A DNA stretch of 42,789 bases, from assembly GCA_964343085.1 (NCBI GenBank), contig CAYFIF010000002.1:1-42789 (forward strand), in the 5' to 3' direction. The translations under genes and the position numbers were made by a program. This document shows positions 26,879-36,672 of the stretch, in pieces. Source of the stretch: an uncultured bacterium (GTDB lineage Bacteria; Fidelibacterota; Marinisomatia; Marinisomatales; UBA1611). The first letter of the stretch is position 1. Each line of letters opens with the position of its first letter. The notes below the pieces were generated by a model. The model ran no database searches, had not been told where the DNA came from, and saw nothing but the letters and a program-made list of their open reading frames with translations.

Positions 26879-27523
26879 TTAACCTAAAAATGCTAATTGA
26901 AATAACCCCGGATAGTAAAAACTAACTATGTATAAACCAATACCAGAAACAGATAGAAAAGGTGCAAATGGGAGCGCTCTGTTTGTATCAAAACCTTTAA
27001 AAATAGATATCGTAATCCAAGCTAGTAAACTCAGTAAGGATGCCATAAAAAGAGTGAGCCCCATACGCAAAGGCCCTAGCCAAATTCCAAGAATTATCCC
27101 AAGCTGTAGATCTCCATATCCCATCCCTTGGCGCTTAGTTATTAAATAGGTCATTCCCATAATTAATCCAGGGATACCTGCTCCTACGAATATACCCCAA
27201 AGAGCACTAGACCAGGTTATGTATCCAAGCAGAATGGAAACCATTAAAACAAATAGGCTATCAAGTATAAATAGAAGAGGAATCTGCATCGTGAATAGAT
27301 CCACAATAGCTATAGCACATAGGGTTGAAGATATAAGAGAAAAAATAATGGCATCAGGAAGATTAAGAGTACTAAATGACCAAGTGAAAAATATACCACA
27401 AAAAATTTCTAAAACAGGGTTAGACTTTTCCAGATTGAATTCATCTACCTCTAACCAGTTTATCGCATGTTTAATAATATGACCCCATACAAGTCCAATA
27501 AATAACGCTAAAATTGCAATCAT
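26879..27523 (-). CDS. pilD: prepilin peptidase (A24 family), peptidase-only form
   Basis: 214 aa, polytopic. Both Asp motifs are present (CAIAIVDLFTMQIP and GMGYGDLQLGIILG). No Cys-rich N-terminal domain. Confidence 0.85.
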   Translation of the reverse strand: MIAILALFIGLVWGHIIKHAINWLEVDEFNLEKSNPVLEIFCGIFFTWSFSTLNLPDAIIFSLISSTLCAIAIVDLFTMQIPLLFILDSLFVLMVSILLGYITWSSALWGIFVGAGIPGLIMGMTYLITKRQGMGYGDLQLGIILGIWLGPLRMGLTLFMASLLSLLAWITISIFKGFDTNRALPFAPFLSVSGIGLYIVSFYYPGLFQLAFLG

Positions 27524-27529
27524 TTATTT

Positions 27530-28777
27530 TTATAAACCTGATTGCAATGCAGAGCCCAAATGAAAAACCGGTAGATAAGTTAGGACAACCATAAGAGCAA
27601 TAACTCCTCCTACCATCAAAATTAAAAGAGGTTCTATAAGAGTTGTCATTCTATCGACTAGTGCATTCACTTGTTTTTGATAGTAATCGGATGCTCTATC
27701 TAAAAGTGTATCTAACTCTCCTGTATCTTCTCCAGTAGCTGATAACTGAAGCAGAATTGACGGGAAAATCTCTGTCCTCCTTAGTGCTGTAGATATGTTA
27801 TACCCGTCTCTTATAAAATTCGATGCATCTTCTACTGCCTTAGCGTAGACCTTATTATCAACAACTTTCTTTAATAGTTCAGTTGACTCAAGGACAGGGA
27901 CACCCGCACCAAGAAGGATGCCAAAGGTTTTACAAAACTTATTCAAAATAGATTGATCGATAAGTGCACCAAATACAGGTATCTTAAGTAAGAACGAATC
28001 AACAGCATATCCACCTCTCTGAGTTTTTGAAACTAACCACAAAATAAATGATACCAGAGTAAATAAAAAAATCATCAACCCAGCATTTTGACTAAACCAA
28101 TGACTAAACTCCATCAAACTTCTTGTAGCAGTTGGAAGACCCGCACCTAATTGAGCATAAACATCAGAAAACTTAGGAATAATCCACATAAACATTGCGG
28201 ACAGCATAAGTCCAAGAAATACAACCATAAATACAGGATAGTTCATAGCAGACTTAACTTTCCTTCTCGTATCATCTAAACTCTCTAAGTAGGTAGCTAG
28301 CTGATCAAGAATCTCATTCAGATTACCACTTACTTCCCCTGCTTTTGTCATTGCAACGAAGAGACTATTAAAGACACCTGGATGCCTTGACAAAGACTCA
28401 GACAAATTCAGACCTTTTCGAATATTATCCGCTACACTGTTCAAAATTTTCTTAAATTTTTTATGTTTTTCTTCTGCTGCAAGACTCTGTATCGCTCTTT
28501 CTAGGGTCAGACCAGCTGAAAACATAGTCGCTAATTGCCTTGTAAAAAAAACAATATTAGATAGTGGTACTCTATTTTTGATTTTTTCAATCGATAATTG
28601 AATTTCATCCAAAAAAGGACCCAGAAAGTCAAAAGTCTCATCTGCCTCCTTGAGGCTAATAATCATTTGACCGCCAGAGGTTAATTTTTCTACGGCAATA
28701 TCTAAGGAGTCGGCTCTAATCTCACCTTCTTTCCTCTGCCCCTCTTGATCTTTCGTTAGATAGTGAAATACAGCCAC
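27530..28777 (-). CDS. pilC: type IV pilus platform protein PilC (GspF family)
   Basis: 415 aa. Two T2SSF repeats (TRQLATMFSAGLTLERAI; FCKTFGILLGAGVPVLES) and three TM segments. The start shares 1 nt with the pilB stop. Confidence 0.92.
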   Translation of the reverse strand: MAVFHYLTKDQEGQRKEGEIRADSLDIAVEKLTSGGQMIISLKEADETFDFLGPFLDEIQLSIEKIKNRVPLSNIVFFTRQLATMFSAGLTLERAIQSLAAEEKHKKFKKILNSVADNIRKGLNLSESLSRHPGVFNSLFVAMTKAGEVSGNLNEILDQLATYLESLDDTRRKVKSAMNYPVFMVVFLGLMLSAMFMWIIPKFSDVYAQLGAGLPTATRSLMEFSHWFSQNAGLMIFLFTLVSFILWLVSKTQRGGYAVDSFLLKIPVFGALIDQSILNKFCKTFGILLGAGVPVLESTELLKKVVDNKVYAKAVEDASNFIRDGYNISTALRRTEIFPSILLQLSATGEDTGELDTLLDRASDYYQKQVNALVDRMTTLIEPLLILMVGGVIALMVVLTYLPVFHLGSALQSGL

Positions 28778-30498
28778 TATAAATCCTCAACCGTAGAACG
28801 TAAAATTTCTTCTACAGACGTGGTGCCATCTAAAACCCGCTCTATTCCAGCCTCACGAAGGGTTACCATACCGTTTTTAAGTGCTTGTTCTCTTATTTTA
28901 TCCTCGTTAGCACTATCATAAACAAGCCCTCTTAACTCTCGAGCCATTGGGATCATTTCAAAAATTGCAGTTCGTCCTCTGTACCCCGTATTCCTACAGT
29001 CACCACAACCTTTTCCTTTCCACAAGTGACCTTTCACACGCTTTGAATCTAAATTTATAAGATTTAATTCCTCATTAGTTGGCTTGTATTCTTCTTTACA
29101 TTTTTCACATATTTTCCTAACCAATCTTTGAGCCATTACAAGATTTAAACATGAACCTACTAAGAAAGGCGCGATCCCAATATCTAATAATCTAGTGATT
29201 GTTCCTGGAGCATCATTGGCATGAACAGTAGAAAAAACTAAGTGACCGGTTAAAGCAAACTTTACAGCAATATCAGCGGTCTCTTCATCTCTAATTTCAC
29301 CAATCAACAAAACGTCCGGATCCTGCCTAAGTATTGATCTAAGTGAGCCGCCAAAAGTGAGACCGATATCCTCAAATACCTGGACCTGATTTATTCCATC
29401 GAGCTGATACTCTACGGGATCCTCTACCGTAGTAATATTCGTTCTCTCATCTTTTATCTCTTTGAGAGATGCATAAAGTGAAGTTGATTTACCTGAACCA
29501 GTAGGTCCTGATACAACCACAAGACCATATGGCTGATTGATAACTTTTTTAAAAATAAATAAATTGTCTTTGGGAAAGCCGAGTGATGATAAATTAAAAT
29601 CGAAACCTGTTTTATCCAAAAGACGCATCACTATTTTTTCACCGTAAACAGTGGGCAATATTGAAACACGGACATCAATTTCTTTACCCGGTGCCTTAAT
29701 GGAAAATCTCCCATCTTGGGGGAGTCTTTTTTCAGCAATATTTAGCTTTGATAATATTTTTATTCTAGTTGACAAACCACTAAGGGAGGAATGCGGAGGT
29801 GTCATAATTATTTGTAAGACACCATCGATTCGAATTCTAACGGTCACCTGTTTCTCTTGAGGTTCCAGGTGAATATCTGTTGCCCTTTCTTTTATCGCTT
29901 CTTGTAGGATAAGATTAACCAATTTTACAATGGGTGCATCTTCCTCTGATGCCTTATCTGGCGATAGATCAACTATTTCTTCTGAACCTTCTTCACCAGA
30001 CACCACCGTAATTCCAGATATTGCTTCGTCAACCTCAGCCGTTTTTTGGATTTCACCATAGACTTTTTCCATTGCTTTTTCAAGTAATTCTGGTCCAGCA
30101 ACTAAAATTTCTGAATTAAGCCCCGTCAGCCTTTTTATAGAATCGACCACTACTAAATCCTCGGGATCTTCCATCGCAACCAAAAGAGTGTCTCCTTTCT
30201 TACTAACAGCAAGGACACGATTTGTACGGGCAAAATCTTCAGGTATCATAGCTGCAATATTAGAGTCTGCCTCAAGCAAAATAAAGTTATCTGCTTTTTT
30301 ATAGCCTAACTGCATGGAATAAACATTCATCAAGTCATCTTCATCAATTATAGCCATGCCAATTAAAGTTTGGCCAAGTTTTTCCTTGGTGTTTTTTTGC
30401 TGAGCTAGTGCCTCATTCAACTGACTCTCGGATATTTTTCCTTGGTGAATTAGTATCTCACCTATCCTTGAAAATTGAGGGTTAAATTGTTTTTCCAT
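28777..30498 (-). CDS. pilB: type IV pilus assembly ATPase PilB (GspE family)
   Basis: 573 aa. MshEN/T2SSE_N-like N-domain (IGEILIHQGKISESQLNEAL), Walker A GPTGSGKST, DPDVLLIGEIRD, TGHLVFSTVH and tetracysteine CEKC...CGDC. Confidence 0.93.
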   Translation of the reverse strand: MEKQFNPQFSRIGEILIHQGKISESQLNEALAQQKNTKEKLGQTLIGMAIIDEDDLMNVYSMQLGYKKADNFILLEADSNIAAMIPEDFARTNRVLAVSKKGDTLLVAMEDPEDLVVVDSIKRLTGLNSEILVAGPELLEKAMEKVYGEIQKTAEVDEAISGITVVSGEEGSEEIVDLSPDKASEEDAPIVKLVNLILQEAIKERATDIHLEPQEKQVTVRIRIDGVLQIIMTPPHSSLSGLSTRIKILSKLNIAEKRLPQDGRFSIKAPGKEIDVRVSILPTVYGEKIVMRLLDKTGFDFNLSSLGFPKDNLFIFKKVINQPYGLVVVSGPTGSGKSTSLYASLKEIKDERTNITTVEDPVEYQLDGINQVQVFEDIGLTFGGSLRSILRQDPDVLLIGEIRDEETADIAVKFALTGHLVFSTVHANDAPGTITRLLDIGIAPFLVGSCLNLVMAQRLVRKICEKCKEEYKPTNEELNLINLDSKRVKGHLWKGKGCGDCRNTGYRGRTAIFEMIPMARELRGLVYDSANEDKIREQALKNGMVTLREAGIERVLDGTTSVEEILRSTVEDL

Positions 30499-30525
30499 AG
30501 TAATTTATAATTTTTATTTAAAGTT

Positions 30526-32781
30526 TTATCTCAACCCTGGACAGCCTTGATCTGTTGGTGAACGAACTAATTGAATATCGAGGGGGTCACTTGCAGTGAT
30601 CTCAGGAATTAATAACGTCGCATTAATAGTTGCCGTAAAATCTTCAAAAGTACATATACCTGTTTCATCATCAGTGCTTTGCCAAATACATAACTCTCTA
30701 GGGAAGGTAGCCAAAATCTTAGCCTGACCATTTTCATCGGTTTTAACTATAGGTTCACAACCGATCATATGGTATCCATTCCACTCGCCATCCTTTTCGC
30801 CCTGGTCAAATGTATTGTTAATTCCATCAACCCCATAGTCTAGAAAATTTTCAGAAAATTCAGAAACATCCCATGTCCCATCTGAAGTTGTATCTATTGC
30901 ATCATGATCATTATTATAGGTTCCCCAATCCGGTGTCGAAGGATCATCATCAATTCCATAGTCTCTCCAGGTAAAACATCCATCACCTTCGCCTAAATCA
31001 AAAGTCCCATTTATCGTATCAATACCAAAGTCAAAGTAAGTCTCGTAAGCAACTTCACCCCAACTTGAAACTCCAATACCATTGAATGCTATAGGAGCAT
31101 CTGAAACTGGATTACCATAAAAATCAATAACAATTGCCGTTATTTCTGCTACAGCTTCAGTTGTTGCCATGGGTAAGGTATAGTCCCAATACTGAAAACT
31201 TGAAAGAAGAGTTATCTGTCCCGGAACAAAAAATAAAGTAGCATCTCCCTCATCTTCATTGATTAAAGCAGAGATTGTATCTCCATTTGCTCCAAAAGTA
31301 AGAGCCCTCACTCTTCCAATATCACCGATTGCATCTGTAGAGTATGTAATTTGAGAGAAAGCTACTCCAGAAAAGCTGTCACCATTAAGATTCTCATTAT
31401 TAGTAAAGCTTACACCCTCTACGAAGGCGTCCAGTACAGTGTCTGGTGGTATTGGATCAATAGACCAGTAAATGTAGGTAGAATCTTCAACTGGGTTATA
31501 CCAAATATCAGATACAATTGCTGCACACTGGGTACGATAAAATCCACCTCCAATTGTTTCAGTCGCCTGAGGATCATATTCAGCCTCAATATGATAGGGC
31601 GCGCCTGATGAAATAATAACTGGAACAGCCGTACTCTCAAGCTGATTTCCAGTAGTATCACAAATTGTAGAAGCTATAACACGAACAGGACCAGGCTCTA
31701 TGCCACTGTTAATAGAAACTCTAGCAACACCATTTACCGATTGAACCGTCGTATCAGTTACTCCTGGAAGTTCAAGATATGATTCGCTAAGAACTGGTTC
31801 CAGTCTAAACCTTACGTTAACTGGAGTGGGTATAAGGTTCCCGTTATCATCAAAAATTTTGGCTTGGATATCTGTGGACTCAATACCACCACCATCACGG
31901 ACAACAATCTGGCTTGGATTGGATGAGGGAATCTCAATATAAGCGCATGAACCTACGGCACTCTCAGTTCCTATAATAATCTGCTTTGAAACCTTGACGC
32001 TATCACTAATAGCAGGATGAAAAAACTGCACGTTGACCGTACCAGGACCAACATTTTCATCAAAACCATAGGAAACAAAATTTGTTTCAATCTGGCCTGA
32101 ATTATTTGTAACGCACGAGTCAACGCAATCGAGCTGACCCTGGTCAGAACTGAGTAATAGATTAACACCTCTAAGTTTATCTCCATATTTATTTTCTAAT
32201 AAAACAGTAAATGGCGTTGTACCTCCCAAAGCGACCTGATCCTCTGAGGTAATATTTAACTCGTAAGGCCAGACCTGTGAAGTATCATTGTATACAGAAA
32301 ATTCAACATTATCTATGATATCCTCAGTATAGGTTACAGTAACAATCGCACCTGAATTACTAGCGGTGATTATTTGGGACTGGTTTTCTTTAGGTGTAAA
32401 TCTAACATATGCATACCCGTTCCCGCCTAAATCAGGATATCCATATTCCTTAAAATTTGGGACATACTTAGTTGTCGGATCATTCGTATCAAACTCTCCT
32501 TCAACTCCACTAACTGAGAACTGTAGAGTTTTCCCGTTTACCCCTTCTCCATCTCCATTTAGCAAACGCGCTATAATAATAGCACTAGTCTGAGGGTTAG
32601 ATAGAACCTCACCAACGACTGTAGGGTTCGATGATGGGCCCGATATGTATCTAGTAACAAGGACTAAAGAACCTGATTCAGCACTGGCGGTGCTATCAGG
32701 TATACGATCATCGCAAGAAACATAAATTGAAACCAAAATCAAAGATAAAAGGGCAAAATAAATTTTGTAATTGTTTTTCAT
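30526..32781 (-). CDS. large Ig-domain (Big_1-like) putative lipoprotein embedded in the pilus locus
   Basis: 751 aa. Signal peptide ending VSIYVSC|DD (possible lipidated Cys). Ig-like segments (ARLLNGDGEGVNGKTLQFSV, TVLLENKYGDKLRGVNLLLSS, AKIFDDNGNLIPTPVNVRFRL, AIVIDFYGNPVSDAPIAFNG). Two acidic 18-aa motifs at nt 30979-31032 and 30787-30840. Confidence 0.5.
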   Translation of the reverse strand: MKNNYKIYFALLSLILVSIYVSCDDRIPDSTASAESGSLVLVTRYISGPSSNPTVVGEVLSNPQTSAIIIARLLNGDGEGVNGKTLQFSVSGVEGEFDTNDPTTKYVPNFKEYGYPDLGGNGYAYVRFTPKENQSQIITASNSGAIVTVTYTEDIIDNVEFSVYNDTSQVWPYELNITSEDQVALGGTTPFTVLLENKYGDKLRGVNLLLSSDQGQLDCVDSCVTNNSGQIETNFVSYGFDENVGPGTVNVQFFHPAISDSVKVSKQIIIGTESAVGSCAYIEIPSSNPSQIVVRDGGGIESTDIQAKIFDDNGNLIPTPVNVRFRLEPVLSESYLELPGVTDTTVQSVNGVARVSINSGIEPGPVRVIASTICDTTGNQLESTAVPVIISSGAPYHIEAEYDPQATETIGGGFYRTQCAAIVSDIWYNPVEDSTYIYWSIDPIPPDTVLDAFVEGVSFTNNENLNGDSFSGVAFSQITYSTDAIGDIGRVRALTFGANGDTISALINEDEGDATLFFVPGQITLLSSFQYWDYTLPMATTEAVAEITAIVIDFYGNPVSDAPIAFNGIGVSSWGEVAYETYFDFGIDTINGTFDLGEGDGCFTWRDYGIDDDPSTPDWGTYNNDHDAIDTTSDGTWDVSEFSENFLDYGVDGINNTFDQGEKDGEWNGYHMIGCEPIVKTDENGQAKILATFPRELCIWQSTDDETGICTFEDFTATINATLLIPEITASDPLDIQLVRSPTDQGCPGLR

Positions 32782-32783
32782 AG

Positions 32784-34166
32784 CTACTTACCTCCTCCTA
32801 GAGATGAGTTAGGAATCATAACTCCTGCCTCATATTCTTTCATATCTTTTGATTTATCAATACCCGTATACGCATCAACCACAATCTTGGGAGTTATCTG
32901 TACGATTAAATTTGTTTTTCTTTCAACCAAATTATCGCTAGTAAAAACTTTTTTCCCAATAAATGGAATCCTATGTAAAAATGGAAATTTATAAACTGTT
33001 CTCTTCTTATCATTACTGATCAAGCCTCCAATTATGATAGATTCTCCGTTTTTGACACGAATTGTCGTCGAAGATGTTCTACTTTTTACTCTTGGTATAT
33101 TATTGTCTGGGCCGATAAACTCAAAAATTGTTGAAACCTCAGGCTCAACTTTTACTGTTATATAACCATCGGTATTAACGGTAGGTAAAATATTAAGTTT
33201 GATTCCGACTTCTTCTCTCTGCACCTGAACCTGGCCACCTACACCGCCTGAACTGAGGATATAAGGAACTATATCAACTAGTTTAATATTAGCCTCTCTT
33301 CCATTGATAGTGGTTAACCGCGAGTTTGCTAAAACCTCTGCCTTGTTATCTTTCATTAGCAAGTTAAGAGTAAGGTCAAAGGCAGTTAATTGTCTACTAA
33401 AGTATTTTGGAAAGAAACCGGTCTTATCTTTTTTATTGCTAAGCCTATTGAATGGCATCGATAATGGCTTTGTCCCTAGCTCACCATCAGCAGGAACGAC
33501 CGATCCTTCACCTTCCGTTACTTCTTCACCATTTTCGCCCAGAATAGTGGTGAATTGTGAGAGCCTATTCCAGTCAATCCCTAGTTGTTCTTCAGCGTCT
33601 GCTGCGACTTCAATCAATCTGGTCTCCAGCATAATCTGTATGGCCGGAACATCAATCTCTTCTACAACCTCTAAAATTTCAGCAATCTTTTTTGGTGAAG
33701 CATTAACAAGTAGCCTATTTCCAGATATATCTACCTGAATCTGGTTAGATATATCTTGGAGCATCATCTTTACATCCTCAGCACTTGCATATTTAAGAGT
33801 TACAACATAGGATGTAACTCCGACTTCTTCCTTAAGTTTTTTAGGATCAGCAATGAGAAACGAATTACCAACTATTTCATAACTTAGACCCACAGCACGG
33901 ACAACAAGATTTATCGCTTGCTCTATTGGCACCTTATCAAGATGAATAGAAATTTTATCTTGCCTGTTTACATTAGGGTCAGTAACAATATTGTATCCGC
34001 TCTCACGTGCAAGAATTGCTAAAATGCCTGGCAAAAATGCATCCTCAGCATGAAGCGTGATTAGGGATTCTTCTTCAACTTGTTCCAAGTTTCCCTGACC
34101 AAGCAGCGGGACCGAGTGAAGAAGAAAAAGCAGGATAAAATATTTTGTTTTTTTAATTAAGTTCAT
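32784..34166 (-). CDS. pilQ: secretin (PilQ/GspD family), compact form
   Basis: 460 aa with a signal peptide. Two Secretin_N-like domains (…VPIEQAINLVVRAVGLSYEIVGNSFLIAD; …LKYASAEDVKMMLQDIS…NRLLVNASPKKIAEILEVVEEID). Secretin domain (TTIRVKNGESIIIGGLISNDK…PFLHRIPFIGKKVF…LIVQITPKIV). Confidence 0.9.
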   Translation of the reverse strand: MNLIKKTKYFILLFLLHSVPLLGQGNLEQVEEESLITLHAEDAFLPGILAILARESGYNIVTDPNVNRQDKISIHLDKVPIEQAINLVVRAVGLSYEIVGNSFLIADPKKLKEEVGVTSYVVTLKYASAEDVKMMLQDISNQIQVDISGNRLLVNASPKKIAEILEVVEEIDVPAIQIMLETRLIEVAADAEEQLGIDWNRLSQFTTILGENGEEVTEGEGSVVPADGELGTKPLSMPFNRLSNKKDKTGFFPKYFSRQLTAFDLTLNLLMKDNKAEVLANSRLTTINGREANIKLVDIVPYILSSGGVGGQVQVQREEVGIKLNILPTVNTDGYITVKVEPEVSTIFEFIGPDNNIPRVKSRTSSTTIRVKNGESIIIGGLISNDKKRTVYKFPFLHRIPFIGKKVFTSDNLVERKTNLIVQITPKIVVDAYTGIDKSKDMKEYEAGVMIPNSSLGGGK

Positions 34167-34186
34167 TTGGTTTTCCTATAAACTAG

Positions 34187-35497
34187 TCAGAGTGAGCTAT
34201 CAGCTTTATTACGCAAGATAGAAATAATGTGAGAACTGTTTTGATCTAAGTATTGTTGAAAATTTTTCTGACCAACCTCATTGTAAGTCTTTTCAAATAT
34301 CGCTTTATCAATCTCTGTATTTGACTTGAGCAAAACTTTTAACTCATTAAAAGTCATAAGACCCGGACTTCCATTCACAGCAGGTTTTGGAAATCCAAGC
34401 AAAGACTGCATCTCATGTTTCCAACTAGGATAACTAACCACTTTCTTGGGTTTTTTATCTTCTTGGATTTTACTTTTAATTTGCCTAGACACAATATCCT
34501 GAGTCTTTGATAAGTCATCAGGACTATTTTTTTCGATTGGAATATTAATTATTTCATTGCTTGTTTTAGAATTTTGCTTTGATGGCAATATCCCGTAAAC
34601 CTCTACGGGTTTTTTGAATTTTTTCACTTTAGCAACCGTAATATCCTCATCAAAGAATGCAGCAACAGGTTTATTTTGATTAGGGGATTTTTTGTTTTTC
34701 TCTTCAACAGCATCGTTAAACATATTTTCTACAAGAGATTTTGGTTGAATAGCATCTATTTTATCGGCAACATCTTCGATATTATCTATTTCTTCAACTT
34801 TCATATTTGGTGGTAGATCGCTAGGGGGATTTACTTTAATTATTCTTTTATTATCTAGAGGGTTATATTTTTTTTCTGGCAAAATTTTTGATAAAAGGGG
34901 TTTTAAATTTTTCGGTTTATTTTCGTTGGTATTTTGATTAAGTAGATTTTCCAATCTTTTCTTATTTTTTGAATAAGAAAAATTGTTTAACTCTTTTGGA
35001 CTGGAGTCTGATTGTCCGGGAGCGGGGTAAGATATAATCCTATCTTCATTCTTAATAACAACACGATCCTGATCGATCAAAAGAATTTCGCCAATGTTTT
35101 CAATTTTCTCACCAGCGATTACCCCAAATACTTTTCCCCTGTAGTCAATCTGAGCTTGAAAATTATTATTCCTCTGATAAATCAATGCAACCCTTATAGC
35201 ACTCCGGTTTCTTCTTGCTCTCCTTCCAGTACCATCCGCAAGACTCAGTACATTGGTAAGCATCATTGGCTCTTTATCAATCATAAAACGATATAAATTC
35301 CTATCTTCTAATCTGTTTTCAAGAAACCCGATTACATTTTCTAACTCTTCATCGGTTCCAAATTTTATATTTTTTGATCTACTATTAATTTTCGCATATT
35401 TTTTATTCATAGGCAGAAGCTTAAAGCCGGAAGCAATTAGGGAAAAAATTGCAATCCCAACAACTAAATTCCAGACTGTCTTTGAACGCTCGCTCAC
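34187..35497 (-). CDS. PilP-like protein with long Lys-rich extension
   Basis: 436 aa with an N-terminal TM anchor (VWNLVVGIAIFSLIASGF). The segment IRVALIYQRNNNFQAQIDYRGKVFGVIAGEKIENIGEILLIDQDRVVIKN resembles the PilP beta-sandwich. A ~200-aa K/N/P-rich linker and a small C-terminal domain follow. Occupies the pilP slot between pilO and the secretin. Confidence 0.45.
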   Translation of the reverse strand: MSERSKTVWNLVVGIAIFSLIASGFKLLPMNKKYAKINSRSKNIKFGTDEELENVIGFLENRLEDRNLYRFMIDKEPMMLTNVLSLADGTGRRARRNRSAIRVALIYQRNNNFQAQIDYRGKVFGVIAGEKIENIGEILLIDQDRVVIKNEDRIISYPAPGQSDSSPKELNNFSYSKNKKRLENLLNQNTNENKPKNLKPLLSKILPEKKYNPLDNKRIIKVNPPSDLPPNMKVEEIDNIEDVADKIDAIQPKSLVENMFNDAVEEKNKKSPNQNKPVAAFFDEDITVAKVKKFKKPVEVYGILPSKQNSKTSNEIINIPIEKNSPDDLSKTQDIVSRQIKSKIQEDKKPKKVVSYPSWKHEMQSLLGFPKPAVNGSPGLMTFNELKVLLKSNTEIDKAIFEKTYNEVGQKNFQQYLDQNSSHIISILRNKADSSL

Positions 35498-36072
35498 GAT
35501 GATAAAGCCTTCGACTTAGATTTAACCAGTGTTATAGTAGCCAAATTAATTAAAAACTCCTGATATATTAGTTCTTCCTCAGTAGCATTTGCCTTAATCC
35601 GCTCAATACCATTTTTCACTTCGTATTCATCTATTGTAATTAACCTTGGAGACCTCTCTATTTCCGATAGAAATTTTCCAAATTCATCAAAAGTACATCT
35701 TATAGTTACGATATAGGGCGACTTAAAATAGCCGCCCTTTTTTATACGTTGTTTAGGTTTGATATTTAATAATTCAATATTTAATTCATCCATCATATCT
35801 GTTAGACTATTTAAAAAAGGCATGCTCGCGTCTTCAGCTAGGGAGTCCATCTGTGAAAGCGCAAGATTCTCTTGAAAAAGAGTAAAAACCCTGTCTAGTT
35901 GACTAGCAAGTATTTGAGCGCTAATCAAATTTTCATTTAACTCAGTCTGCTCATCTTCAAGTAATCTTATTTGAAATGGCTTATCACCAACTAGGATAGA
36001 TGCACCAGTCCAATAACTAATAGTTAATATTATTAGTACAATAAAAAGATACATATTTCGTTTTTCTGCCAT
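35494..36072 (-). CDS. pilO: PilO-like pilus alignment protein
   Basis: 192 aa. N-terminal TM (MYLFIVLIILTISYW), a coiled coil, then a ferredoxin-like domain (YIVTIRCTFDEFGKFLSEIERSPRLITIDEYEV). Position is after pilN. Confidence 0.6.
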   Translation of the reverse strand: MAEKRNMYLFIVLIILTISYWTGASILVGDKPFQIRLLEDEQTELNENLISAQILASQLDRVFTLFQENLALSQMDSLAEDASMPFLNSLTDMMDELNIELLNIKPKQRIKKGGYFKSPYIVTIRCTFDEFGKFLSEIERSPRLITIDEYEVKNGIERIKANATEEELIYQEFLINLATITLVKSKSKALSS

Positions 36073-36078
36073 AAATAT

Positions 36079-36672
36079 TTAAGAGCTTCTATTTCTATAG
36101 TTCTTTTTTACAGCAGCCTGAATCTCAAAACGAATTATTTCTTGTCCTCTGACAGAAATTCTATCATAATCTTCAAGCTTTATCCTGTTAAAATTGTCTG
36201 AAAATTCTTTGTTTATTTTTAGTGTCTGCAGATATTCATCAATGATTTCAAAATCTTTTCTATCTTCAAATGTAAGAGCGACACCATTAATAAACATTTT
36301 CTGGCGCTTAAACCTGAGACCGGTTATTGCCATATCATCCGGAGTCATTTTACCTAATAACTCCAAATTTTTTGCCCATAAAAATCTTTCGTGCTCTAGA
36401 TCAGCAAAACTTAAAATATCATCTTTTGATAAATTTTTACCTCGAGACTGAAGCTGCTGAATTTCCTGTTTTAACCTCGAAATTTCTGTCTTTTTTTGAT
36501 TGATGATATTATTGTATCCTGAGTTAATCATTAGCACACGCACATTTATACCAACAAAAATAATAACCAATAGAAAAAATACTGCCCATCTGCTCCTCTC
36601 TCTTGAACGCTCAAGCCTTGTCTCAGCACTCTCTTCTTTATTTAAGTTTATAACAATGTATGTGTTAGCCAT
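36079..36672 (-). CDS. pilN: PilN-like pilus alignment protein
   Basis: The ORF is open to 36696. The ATG at 36672 (MANTYIVINLNKEE...) overlaps the pilM stop by 8 nt (ATGGCTAA). Short cytoplasmic N-terminus, TM (WAVFFLLVIIFVGINVRVLM), coiled coil and a periplasmic domain. Confidence 0.6.
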   Translation of the reverse strand: MANTYIVINLNKEESAETRLERSRERSRWAVFFLLVIIFVGINVRVLMINSGYNNIINQKKTEISRLKQEIQQLQSRGKNLSKDDILSFADLEHERFLWAKNLELLGKMTPDDMAITGLRFKRQKMFINGVALTFEDRKDFEIIDEYLQTLKINKEFSDNFNRIKLEDYDRISVRGQEIIRFEIQAAVKKNYRNRSS

